Assembly: GCA_043228905.1 (NCBI GenBank)
Contig: JBHGNT010000001.1
Location: 19,530,001-19,594,000, forward strand
Source: Azolla caroliniana
Lineage: Eukaryota; Plantae; Polypodiophyta
DNA: 64,000 nt
Direction of reading: 5' to 3'
The notes beneath the pieces were generated by a model, which did no database searches, had not been told where the DNA came from, and saw only the letters and a program-made list of their open reading frames with translations. Shown piece by piece: positions 35,587-47,300 of the stretch (positions are counted from its first letter, which is position 1; every line of letters starts with the position of its first letter). The translations under genes were made by a program, and so were the position numbers.

Positions 35587-38500
35587 ATGGCGGGAGAGGA
35601 ACATGCGCGGGAAACGAAAAAGGGCGGCTCGAGGCACAACCCACTATATAAGACACAGGCCTGCGAAGGGCTCACTTTTTATGAATTTTCCTACATACAG
35701 GCGCAGAAGCACAGAAGAGCGACCCGACGCACAGAGCACACACAACGCGATCCCGAACGACAAGCAGCAGACGAAGAATTCGGAACAATGGTACTGTCGG
35801 AAGAGGCACGCCAATGGATGAGGGAGAACGGGTTAAAAGGATTACTGCGGATCGCCGACGCTCCACCACACGCAGAACCAGAGCAGGCGGCAACATCGAT
35901 TGATATATCAGAAGTCACGGAAGGAGCGGTGCAGGTGCTCACGGGGATCAAAGCAGGAGGACTTCAGACAATCGAAAACCCTTCCAGTGAAATCCTGTTC
36001 GAATATTTCGGGGAATACTCTATCAGCAGCAAGGCGTACCGAACGCAGGGCGGAGAGAACCTGCTGTTCAGAGAAGTGGCCCGCGCTATGATGGAATACG
36101 GATTCGTGAATCCCCGTCCCCCAGCCATAGCCAAGTACCGGGCAGCGTTCTTAATAGCAGCGTACGAGGGCTTACAAATAGACTGGCTCCATTTCATAAC
36201 CGAAGGATTGAAGGAGGCCATCAGAAATCTTGTGGAAGGAAAAAAGCCATGGGCCGGGATAGCACAATGGCTAACGGTGTTAGTCCCACCGGTGCTCCCC
36301 ATCACACAAAAGAAAAGAGGTCGACAGGAGACGACGCCGAAAAAGGTCACAAAGCGCCGACAGATCTTGGAGAAACACACCCCCGGATGGACCCAGCAAG
36401 AAGCAGAACAGCAGGGGGAAGGACCATCCCGACAACAACAGGAACCGGCAACAAAGGCAAAACCGGCAGGTAAAGGCAAAGGGAAAGCGGCCGAGGAGGA
36501 ACCGGTAGCGCGCAAACCAATCCATATAACGCTGCGACGGCCGGAACCGGAACCAGAGGTCTCTAGACAAAAGGTCCGTCTGGTAACCGCACCGGAGGAG
36601 GAAACTGAAACAGAAGACTCATCCGAACCACTGGTAAGACTCCCAGCAAGACAAGGTCGGGAGAAACGGGCGAAAGGACCGGCTCCACCAGTGGATAGAA
36701 CTCAGCAGAGGGCGCAAGGACCATCTCCAGTAGCCGAGGCGGAAACAACACCGGAACCCGTACCCAGGGAAGTAGCACCGACACCGGTTGGGCCGGACTT
36801 CAGAAAACCGGTCATCCCAGAGAAGAAGAAGGAACAAGCGCCGGAGCCAGAGCCAGAGAAGAGGCCGGAAAATCAGCCTGGCTTAAGTGAGCAAGGCCAC
36901 CCCGACACCGGAAGAACAAAGCCACAATGGCTGAGATGGCTTTCGGAGCAATTATCGGGAGTAGCGGACCAGTTAGAGAAAGAAGAAACGTGTCGGCAAC
37001 AGCTGACGCATACAACAACTCAGGAGTTGGTCGCGCTCCGAACACAGATCGAGGAAATGCAAGGGGAGCTGTTGCAGGCAAGGGAAGGAATTCAACAAGC
37101 ACAAGCTGTCACCGAGCCGGTCGGGACAACAAGGAAGCAACCAGAACCGGAACCGGAACCGGTAGCCTTGCAAACCGGCCCTGAGACTGAAAAAATAATA
37201 GAAACCTTACGAGAGGAGTTACAAGCTCAAGAGGCATTAAGGGAAAGAGAAAGGGAGCAGCGGAAAGCGGTGGAGGATGACAGACGAAAACTGGAAGAAG
37301 GCCTCCGGAAAGGTCGAGCCGCTAATGACCGACTGCAAGAAGAAAAAGAGAAGCTGCAGAAGGAGAAGGACCGACTACGTCGACATGCCGAGCAAGAGAT
37401 AGAACGACTGTAGGAAGAACTCCGACAACAGAAGGACCGGGACGATCGGTTAAGAGCTCAGGCATCCCGACGCCTGAAGCAGAAGACGGAGGACTTCGAC
37501 CGTCTCTATCGAGATCACAAGCAGGCCGAGTCGGACAACAAAAAACGGGCAGCAGACTACGACCGGCAAATAGAGAAGCTGAAAGAGCAGCTCAAAGAAA
37601 CCCGATTAGACCTGGCTAAGGCGATGGATGAGGTCAGTGCCAACAAGGAAGCATTGTCGACGGAAATAGCCCAAGCAACGGAGAGAAGGAAGGAATTAGA
37701 GGCGCTAAGGCGGGAAAAGCTGGACCTAACCAAGATCATGAATGAAGAAAAGGAAAAATCGACCTTCACGATCAGCAAACTGCAGAGTACCTATGAAAAG
37801 CAGAAAGCAGATTACGAGGCCCAGGCTCAGATAATGGCCGACATTATAAAACGGGCAAGGAAGGAAAAGCAGGAAGCTTATGCGCATGCTAAGGCAGGGG
37901 TTGACCGGATCAAGCTCATCATGTCAGGATGGAGTACCCGAGCTCAGGCAAGCATCAATGAAAGTACGGAAAAGCTATGGAAGGAATGGTCACAACAGGC
38001 AGCTGAGCTGCAGACACTCCGAGCGGATGCCGAGAATCGGAGGAAGACCGGTAACAAGTTCTACAAGATGGATGAGGAAAGTATCGTCGCCATTCGGGAA
38101 GAATTGTCGGAAGATTTCTACACTTTAGCGGAAGAACATCTCAAAGAAATCCGAGGGTTGGTAGAGAGGTTGGATGACGGGCAGCTCGCAACTCAGTTGG
38201 AGTTGGAGAGATACGAGCAGGACCGGTTACGACAGGAAGCTAAGGGAAGAACGACGCCAACCACTATTGGTGAGGGAACGCGATCGGCTGAAGATGAACC
38301 AACCGACACCGAACAACCCCGACGAGAAATACCCGAAGACGAACTTGAAGAAGAGCAGGAGCGGACCGATGCCGGAGAAGAAGAAGAGCTGAGACCGGAA
38401 GACACCAGAGCAGAGGAAGGAGGCATATCGAGTCGACCAGTCGAGACCGAAGAAAGCGACACTGGTAACAGAACAGAGCCAGGAACGGAGGGAGAACAGG

Positions 38501-38691
38501 AAGAACCCGGACGAAGAGGTGAGGAAGCACCGGCACCACAGAATCAAGCAGAGCCGGAGCAACAAATTTTTACAGAACAGCCCACCCAACCGGAGGTCGG
38601 AGACCAGGCAGGCAAGGAACAGGAACAGGAGGAAGAAGCACCACTTGACACCATCGAGCAGAGTGTGCTCGATATTTTGGAGGAAGACTGA
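35587..38691 (+). CDS. Additional sense 3' ORF of Gypsy F (~1030 codons, one internal TAG at 37411-37413): globular N-domain, Pro/Glu linker, long coiled coil, acidic tail
   Basis: ORFs 35524-37413 and 37624-38691 are in the same frame (offset 2100). First ATG at 35587. Confidence 0.85.
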
Positions 38692-38741
38692 GGCCAGGAG
38701 TGGATTCGAAGTGCAAGGCACTTTCCCACGTGCGTGCCATG

Positions 38742-39117
38742 TGTTGGCCGGTCAGAAGAGCAAGGACAAGTGGGAAGGCGGAATCGGATCGGATAATAGG
38801 AAGTAAATAATAGTAGAATTATTATTCGGAGGGACGGATCCGGTACAGTTGTACCGATCCGGATCCGGACCGATTCGGATGTCGGTTGCCTAAGCGCCCC
38901 GATTGTAACCTTGCCGGATGCCTATAAAAGGATCCGATGATTTGTAAAGTGTTTTGACGGAAGTAATACAATAGTGATTATTGCGTATTTATCTGTATCT
39001 CGTATTGTTTGCCGTCCGTGCTTAATTGTAATCATCTTATGCGTGTAACCTAGCATCCAATCCTTACCACCCCTTTGGAGAAGTGTCGGATAGACACCTG
39101 TGTTTAGGCTAGTCCGG
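38742..39117 (+). repeat. 3' LTR of Gypsy F, lacking the last 14 nt (true start may be 38689)
   Basis: Aligns to 20941-21341. The only purine tract, GGAGGAAGA, precedes TG at 38689. Confidence 0.9.
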
Positions 39118-39506
39118 TCTTGTCCGAATTGGCTATCTCTAATTCGTCTTTGGTCTTCAGGCCCTTCACAACATCGAACCATGTCCAGGTCTTGGCCTTC
39201 TTCTTCCGGTCTTCTATCATTCTTGACTTTGCCATCGTCAACGCTTATTCCAACTTGTTCGGATGTGCCAACTGCTTCAGTCAATTCAACTTCCTTTTTC
39301 CCTTTGTCTCCTCATGTTTGGGTTGTTTCCTTTTCTCCAACTCCTTGTCCGGTGCCATTACATGTTCCGGTTCTCCCCCTCAAGTGTAGGACATCGAGAT
39401 GTTGTAGACTGAGCATCTCCGAAAAGTGTTGCAACTTGTCCGATCCAAGCGGCTTGGTGAAGATGTCAGCAACCTGCCGATCCGTGCAGACATACCGGAG
39501 TTCGAC
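39118..39506. repeat. 389-bp flanking duplication (copy 2)
   Basis: Matches 20552-20940. Confidence 0.97.
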
Positions 39507-41170
39507 TTCGCCGGTAAGGACCCACTCACACACAAAGTGGTAATGCAGTTCTATGTGCTTCGTCTGAGCATGGAACACAGTGTTCTTGGCTAGCTGCATG
39601 CTGCTCATGTTGTTGCAGTAGATTAGGATCGGAGTCGGGACTTCGATCTGGAGGTCTTGCAGCAGCCGCCGTAGCCAAATGACTTTACTAGTGGCAACGG
39701 TAGCTCCACGGTACTCAACCTCAGTGTTCGACAGAGCCACCATTGGCGGCTTCTTGCTGCTCCATGCAACAGTCGCACTACCAATAGAGAACATGAATCC
39801 GAAGGTGGACCGATGATCCGACACATCATTAGCCCAATCGACATCCGTATATACAACTAGCTTTTCAGTTATACCATGTCGGTATAACAGTCATCTGTCC
39901 TTAGTGCCGCTAACATGCCTCAGTATTTGGTGCACGCACTCAAGGTGCTCCACGGTCGACTTCTGCATAAATTGACTTATCATCCCGACTGGATAACTGA
40001 TGTCTGGTCGGGTGACGGTCAAATATATAAGGCTTCCAACAATTTGTCGGAACCATTGCTCGTTGCAAGTCGGTCCAGAGTCAGGACATAGCTTCAGGTT
40101 CCGATCCAGGGGTGTGGAGATTGATCCCCAATCGGTCATGCGGAACTCGTACAACATTTTTCAGGATATAGTGTCATTGTGACAACAATATCTCGTCGGG
40201 GGTATGGATCACTTCGATCCCAATAAAATAATGAAGGTCCCCCAGTTCCTTCATTTCAAACGCGTCCGACAACTGGGACTTTACACAGCCCATTTCAGCA
40301 AAATCGGGTTCGGTGATAACTAGATCATCTATATATAGTAAGATACATATTGGACCTTCTGGACGTTTCCGAATGAACAATGAAGAGTCAAACTTTGAGG
40401 CCGCAAACCCCATCTTATGGAACCTATGCGTGATTTTCACATTCCAAGCTCGAGGACTTGCTTCAAGCCGTAAAACGACTTCTTGAGGTGGCACACTATC
40501 GACTTTTTCATCTCCGACTGAAAACCGGGGGGTTGAGTCATGTAGACTTGTTCTTCAAGGTCACCTTGAAGAAATGCATTCTTCACATCCATCTGATGAA
40601 GATGCCACCCCCTTGCCATAGCAACCGCTAGTACCACATGGACCGTCATCATCTTCGCTACCGTAGCGAAGCTTTTGTCGTAGTCGATTTCATGGGTCTA
40701 CGCATACCTTTTGGCCGCTAACCGGGCCTTGTAAGGGTTGACTGAACCGTTAGCATTGTACTTTACCTTGTAAACCCACTTGCAACCAATCAGTTTGCAA
40801 TGTTAGGGAGGGTCAACCAGGTCCCATGTGTCGTTGGCATCGAGTGTTCGCATCTCTTCCTCCATCGCGGCACGCCAATGTGTGTCCTTTGCCGCTTCTG
40901 CGTAGCTCTGTAGCTCACGCACTTCCGCCACTTTCGTCATGTACACATAGTGATGCGCCATGTATTCATTATACCCATATTGTTTGACGGGATTCTTCTG
41001 GCGGTTTGACCTGTGTAACTTCTCGTTAGCCAATTTCAAGGCCCTCTTGGCCGACTCGGACTTCGTTCCCGAAGGTCCATCTTCGTTTGTCCACAGTCAG
41101 ATTCGCTCCAATCGGCTCATCTCTACCAGTGTCGTATTCCGACATCTTCTTCTTCCCCTTCTCTTTACGT

Positions 41171-41706
41171 TGTCGTGATGATTCCGGGCCATATGTGGAA
41201 ACAATGTGAAACGCGCAGGGACACTGGTGTGCATGAGTGCACACCCCTAGTGAATTAAATAGTGTAAGTACTAGGCATATGTAGAAGGAGGTGTACCAGG
41301 TAGGGCATTAATAGGGATGCAGAAATCGCGTAAGTAGGGAGAGTTACGAGGAGGGCGAATCAGGAGGGTAGAACCTAGGAAGGGAAAGCGACAGGTCGTG
41401 AATGCTTTGTAATGGTCGCTCCTTGTGATAAAAGGGCGACCTTTGATTGTTTGATGGGGGAGGAGAAAAGAAAACAGAGAGGAGGGGAGACGAGGAGTCC
41501 GACGACAGATCACCGGAAGGCGCTTCCCCTGCTCGCGTTAGACGCCCGAGTGCTCCCGACCAGGGGATCGACCTTCTGCGTGCCTATGTATCTTTGTATC
41601 TAACCACTGTAGAGCTCTACGCTCGATCACCGGCATTGATCCGGTTGTAATCACCCACAGTGCTACGCGCATGTTTTGATTAATAGAAACTTATCTACCC
41701 AACACA
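41171..41706 (+). mobile_element. LTR-like insertion H (single LTR or truncated element) associated with deletion of the E integrase
   Basis: Starts TGTCGTGA and ends ...CAACACA, followed by AGTGGT. E resumes near 41737 at HSDVWG. No TSD found. Confidence 0.6.
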
Positions 41707-43484
41707 AGTGGTTCTCAGCATCTCTGTTTGTGCCTGTGTCCCCATACATCCGAATGTATCAAGTCAAGCTTGTTACGGCTCCGATTTCTTTCGGTGGGGA
41801 ACGGAAGCCGGTGTTGCTTCCCGAGCTAGCATGTTTCACAAATTTGGGCCTTCCGGCCACTAAATTTTGGCAATCCGAAAACAACCTATTCCGATTGCAG
41901 GTCTTGAAGCCTTTGATAGTTGACGTGGCCGATCTGCTTATGCCACAGGTTGATATCCGACTTGACCTTTTGAACTTTTGCGAACAAAGCGGTCTCGGTG
42001 TTATTGGTGTTGAGGATAAACATCCTCCCGTCCTGGTGCCCTTGCACGATGATCCGGCCCTCTTCCTCAATGAAACACCTGAGGTGCATAAACTGCAACT
42101 GTATCCCTTGGTTGACGATCTGCCCAATTGACACCGGGCTATTTGTAATTGTCAGAATGTGCAACCTGTTCATGAGCTTCCCTCTCTATCTGACATGGAT
42201 GAGGGGAACTTCTCTGACAAGCACGATCGGGTGAGGGGTGTCTTCTCTAGTTTCGACAACTCCTAGTTGTTCCGTCTTTTCCATATACGAGAACCACTCT
42301 TCATGGCTCGTGATGTGATTAGACACTCCGGAGTCAACGTACTACACTTCCTCCGATTCAGAAGTGTTCTTCTTCATCGAGTTTGCCTTGTGCTTCATCA
42401 CAAAGGCTAGCCCTTTTCCAGTCTTACTAGTTCTGGATCCTTCGGCGTAGTGCGAGCTTTGTCCGTTCCCTTGTCCAATCTTACTGGATCCGGATTTATC
42501 CGTTTCGGCTCGCTTCTTCCAACTTTCACTTTCCTGATGGCCTTTCTTGCCACAATACCAGCATTCCAGTCTTACCAATTTCGGATCCTTCGACGTAGTG
42601 CGAGCTTTGTCCGTTCCCTTGTCAAATCTTACCGAATCTGGATTTATCCGAATCGGCTCGCTTCTTCCAGCGCTCACTTTCCCGATGGCCTTTCTTGCCA
42701 CAATACCAACATTTTGTGTCGGCCTTCTATTGTTGGTTTCCAGCGCCACTTTGACTCCCCTTGCTCGTGGAGGGTCCAGAACTACTGTCGGCACTATCTC
42801 CTTGCCTCCGATTCTGCTCTTGTCGGCTGCCGCTATTGCGTGTCGACCCAACTTGTCCTCCACGGCCACGGGGCTGATCCGTCTCCGTGTACAACATCTG
42901 GTTGTCTGATTATGTGGTCCTCGATCCACTCGCGTGGTTCTCTTCAACCATCAACATCGATTGCAGATCGACGAAGGACGATGGTTTCTCTCGGGTGCAA
43001 ATCGTTGTCCGGATTGGCATGTACCGTTGCTTTAGACCACTGAGGCAGATCTGGACTATCTTGTCTTCGTCCAATGTCACGTTGATGGAATCGAGCGTGT
43101 CACAAATCTCCTTTATCTTGGTGGTGTAGTTGGTAACCAACATATCTCGTTGTCGGATTTTGTTGAGCTCTTGTCGAAGCTGCAACTTTCGGGCCATCGT
43201 GCTTGCTATGAAAATCTTTTTCATATTCTCCCAAGATTCTTTCGGTGTCTTTGCATCCCTGATCTAGCTGAGCATCTAGTCGTGCACACAAGACGTGAGG
43301 CAGTACAACACTTTGCTCGCTCCTTGCTCCCATGTCGGGCTCGCCATACTTCTATAGGAAGCGAGCTCGCCATACTTCTGTCCTAATCTTTCTTATCTCT
43401 TCTGTTCTTTACCGGTGATTAGGGTTTGTTTGTTTCAAGCAGTTGTCGACAGCAGAGGTTTGCAACCCTCGCACTCTGATACCA

Positions 43485-43890
43485 TGTCAAAGTTAATATG
43501 CGGAAGCTTTGACAAACTGGTTCATCTGGATAGCTACAGAAAAAGTGCAAGTTTAACGGAAGCTTCACAAAACACAGACAAAGAGCGGGAGAGACAGAGA
43601 GAGCAGAACAATGAACTTAATTCAAAATGAAAACACTATGTACATACAATGTGCTCAGTGAGCACTTTAATACAATTCCTTAAAAGGACTAACAGAAGTA
43701 TTGACATGTACTTCAATGCTCATATGAGTGACTGATATTGACTCCTAGAAATATGCCTACGTACTAGGCTAGGATCATAGACCTCTAATGGCCTACCGGT
43801 TACAATCCGATCCGGCTCTTGGTTCCGGATACCGATCCAGCTCTGGCTTATTCAGCCGATCTGGATCCGGTTGAGCTTGTCCGCTCAACA
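43485..43890 (-). repeat. 5' LTR of Copia E
   Basis: Adjacent to PBS TGGTATCAGAGT (43473-43484). Confidence 0.95.
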
Positions 43891-44337
43891 TTGTAGAAAC
43901 CTTGTAAAAAAATGTTTTTGGGCATTTTCAAACTCTTTCCAAGTAAATTTAGGGATGCTACCACCCCATGCTTCCAACCCATAGAAAAGCACCGGTGTCA
44001 CCAAAGTGTCAAAAAGGTATTTCTTGAAGACCCAAAACTTAATATCTCCACGATTGCATGTGTTCTCAAATGCATAATATGCTTGCTTTCCCACTTCTAA
44101 GCAGAGTGTAGAACATTCATTCCATCTATGATTTGAAGGAACTTCAAGGCCAAGATTTTTGAAGCTTCCCACACATTCAAGTGGCTCATTATTGTACATA
44201 ATGCATGGCTTATCTCTTTTTGGCTCTTCCGAAGCATAATCTTTGTTTAGAGGTATTAACACTTAATTTCGTATGCATGCAATTTTTTTCCAATGCCTTC
44301 ATAAACTTTTGCAGATCTCCTAAAATATTTGCAAAGA
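43891..44337 (-). mobile_element. LINE ORF2 fragment (end of RT and thumb region)
   Basis: LFANILGDLQKFMKALE..., LECVGSFKNLGL, LFDTLVTPVLFYGLEAWG. Confidence 0.85.
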
Positions 44338-47300
44338 GAGAGAGAGAGAGAAACAAATCAACGGGAAACACAAACGAAGACAACACAACAATGTTTCAAA
44401 TCTCCACTTAAACTGATTTGAGAAGGGATTTCCAATAGCGGCTTCAACCCAGTCGCAACAAATCAAACTACAACGACAAAACAAGATGCAACGGATCTAC
44501 GGTGAGCCATTGGTCGGGGAGCTCACGGGCTCGCTACTGTGAGCAGATGCCTCGCGTAGTGGTGTTGGCTTAGCAACTAGAAAGAGATCAAGAGCGCGAG
44601 AGTGGCGAGGATGTCAAAGCCCATCTCCACCAAAACCAAAATTTAGAAGGAAAGACCTTCAAATCTCAACTTATCCCCCTGTTGAGAGATCAAGCTCAAC
44701 TTAGTTTAGTTAGTTAGTCAACCATGTAACTTCATAGTTACCTAGATAGAATCTAGTTAGAAGTGTTGACTATAACGCCTTATATAGGACCTTGTACTTA
44801 AGTGGGATATTCTAGATCCTCCACTCCCAAGTACATTTAATATAGGATTTACACTTTTGTACCTATATTATCCTGACACATGTGCACCCTTGCACATGAG
44901 ATCTACATATACCTCATTGTAGGTATTTTTGTATTTGATGATGATAATGCTAATTTAATATAGAGCTAATCATCCCCCATCTTGTGTTGCTCATAATACA
45001 CACACATATCACTTAATCTTTTGCTTATTACCTTAATCACATAATTAGGTACTAATTAACCCATACTTAATTACCTAATTCTTAACATGGTATCAAAGCG
45101 TGTGGTTTAGAAAATCCACTAAGCCCACTTGACTCCGTGATTGTGTTTTCGAGACGCCGACAACAAAATCTGGTTATCCGCTATCGTAGTGCCACTACGT
45201 AGCACGTGTACGTGATCGAAGGAAGAAAAGCAAAACGGAAGACACTACATCAAAATGAGCACACAAATGGGTAGCTCGCCCCCTAATGAAAAGCTAAACC
45301 GGAGCAATTATTCATCTTGGGAGTACAAGATGACCAAATACCTTGTCGGCCAAGGGTATTCGAGCTATATCAACGACGCTCAAGAAAATCGACACGACCG
45401 AAAGAACGCCGACTACTCAACATGGGAGCAAGCGGCTAGTCGAGTCATGTATTGGTTGGCAACATGTGTCCACGACCACATGCTTAGCCACATTCGAGAC
45501 AACAAGACGCCTAAATAGGTGTGGGAGAACTTGAAAAAGATGTTCGCCGCCAACACGACCACCCGAAAGCTTCAACTCCGACAAGAGTTGAACAACATTC
45601 GGCAAAAAGACATGTTTGTGTCAGACTACACCGCCAAGATCAAGAGCATTTGCGACTCACTTGGCTCCATCAACATAAATGTCGACGAAGATGAGATGGT
45701 TCAAGTATGCTTGGGCGGCCTCACACAACGATTCGACTCATTGAGGATGACAATCTTGGCGGGGGAAAACCCTCCTTCGTTCTTCGACCTCCAATCAATG
45801 TTATTGGTCGAGGAGAACCATGTCCGAACCAAGATGAAGATGTCGGAAGGACAAATGTTCTTCTCAAGTTCGGACGGTGGCCGAGGACGAGGTCATGGCG
45901 GTAGAAGAGGCCAATTCGGCCCATCACACGAAGGGAACTCAAACCTTCATGGAAGCCATCAAGGAACCTTCGGAAGAAGGGGGAGCTTCCATGCTGAACA
46001 AGGTCGGGAAACGAGGCCCGCAACTTGCAACTATTGCGCCACCACGAGGAGAAGTGCCGAAAAAGAAGAAACGAGTCGGCTTCCACAAGTCGACAACTCA
46101 CAAATTACGCCGTCAACTCCAAATATGATGATTACGACAGACAATTAGTAATAAGGCATAGAGCGAACTCTATGTCGGCCTCCAACTCTGCAAGCGCCTC
46201 CAACTCGGAAGACGTGTGTTCATTGATTTCGGCGCCTCACATCACATGACATCTCACAAAGAGTGGTTTCGTGATTTACGAACGCCGGATCGACCCGGTT
46301 TCATAGAGACGGGAGACGACACCACACATCCCATTCGGCATATTGGCAATGTCCCATTCGGGAAAGAAGGCGAACAAACTTGCATGAAGAATGTCTTGCA
46401 CGTGCCCACAATAACGAAGAATTTGGTCTCGGTCGGCCAAATCGTGGAGCAAGGCATGCAAGTCCGCTTCAACAACGAAGGTTGTTTCATTGAAAAAGAT
46501 GGTCAACTCATAACTAAGGGACAGAGAGACGGTCGCATGTTCATCCTCAATTCAAAGAGGTGAAATTGGCCATGTATGCCAAAGGTCTCAAAATCGAGAC
46601 AAGCATTGAGTTGTGGCACAAGAGAATCGGCCACATAAACCTCCAATGGATTCGAGCGATGCAAACGAAGGGAGTCGTCGTCGAACTTTCGACATTCGAG
46701 TCGAATGAGTATGCGAAGCGTGTCAACTCGGCAAACAACATCGACTCCCATTCCCAATGCAGAGCCACACAAGCAAAGGCCTCCTCGACATCATTACACT
46801 CCGATGTATGGGGACTAGCTCAAACGTTGACAATCGGCGGATGCCGATTCTATGTCACCTTCATCGACGACTACTCACGCTACGCGTGGATCTTCCTGAT
46901 GAAGAAGAAGAGTGAAGTGTTCTCCAACTTCCAAAAGCTCAAGGGGCAAGTCGGAAAAGAAACCGGTTGGCACATTCAATGCCTACGATCGGATGGAGGA
47001 AAGGAGTACTTCTCCGACGAACTCACCTCCTATCTCCAAAGTGAAGGCATTTGAAGAGAATTCTCGTGCCGACACACACCCCAACAAAATGGAGTAGCCG
47101 AAAGGAAAATCGGCAAATACTCGAGGTAGCATGGGCCATGTTACATGAGAAGCACATGCCGAACTTCTATTGGGCGAACGCGACATCCACGGCCATCTAT
47201 CTCATGAACCGGTGCACCACTAATGGAGTGCATGAGCTAACTCCATACGAGCTCCTCGTCGGAAGGAAGCCGATATTGTCGTACCTCAAGGTGTTCGGAA

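Larger units (their letters stand above)
20941..39117 (+). mobile_element. Ty3/Gypsy F (non-chromovirus, Athila/Tat-like RT) with an extra 3' ORF
   Basis: 5' LTR 20941-21355. 3' LTR from 38742 (possibly 38689) to 39117. PBS TGGCGACCAC at 21362-21371. PR IIDGGSGVN, RT FLDGFSGYNQI and FLDDF, RH FVDASD, INT WGLDFVGP and GPF motif. Confidence 0.95.
39118..43390 (-). pseudogene. Copia E gag-pol remnant (INT core deleted at H)
   Basis: RH 39312-39824, RT 39891-41039, PR ~41886-42340, gag 42342-43390. Confidence 0.93.
19837..43890 (-). mobile_element. Ty1/Copia E (B/D family), host of F, G and H
   Basis: LTRs 19837-20241 and 43485-43890. TSD TTGTA at 19832-19836 and 43891-43895. PBS 43473-43484, PPT 20242-20252. 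Confidence 0.96.

Noticed and set aside
35587-38691. True retroviral env gene
   Set aside because: No signal peptide, transmembrane helix or fusion-protein features are visible.
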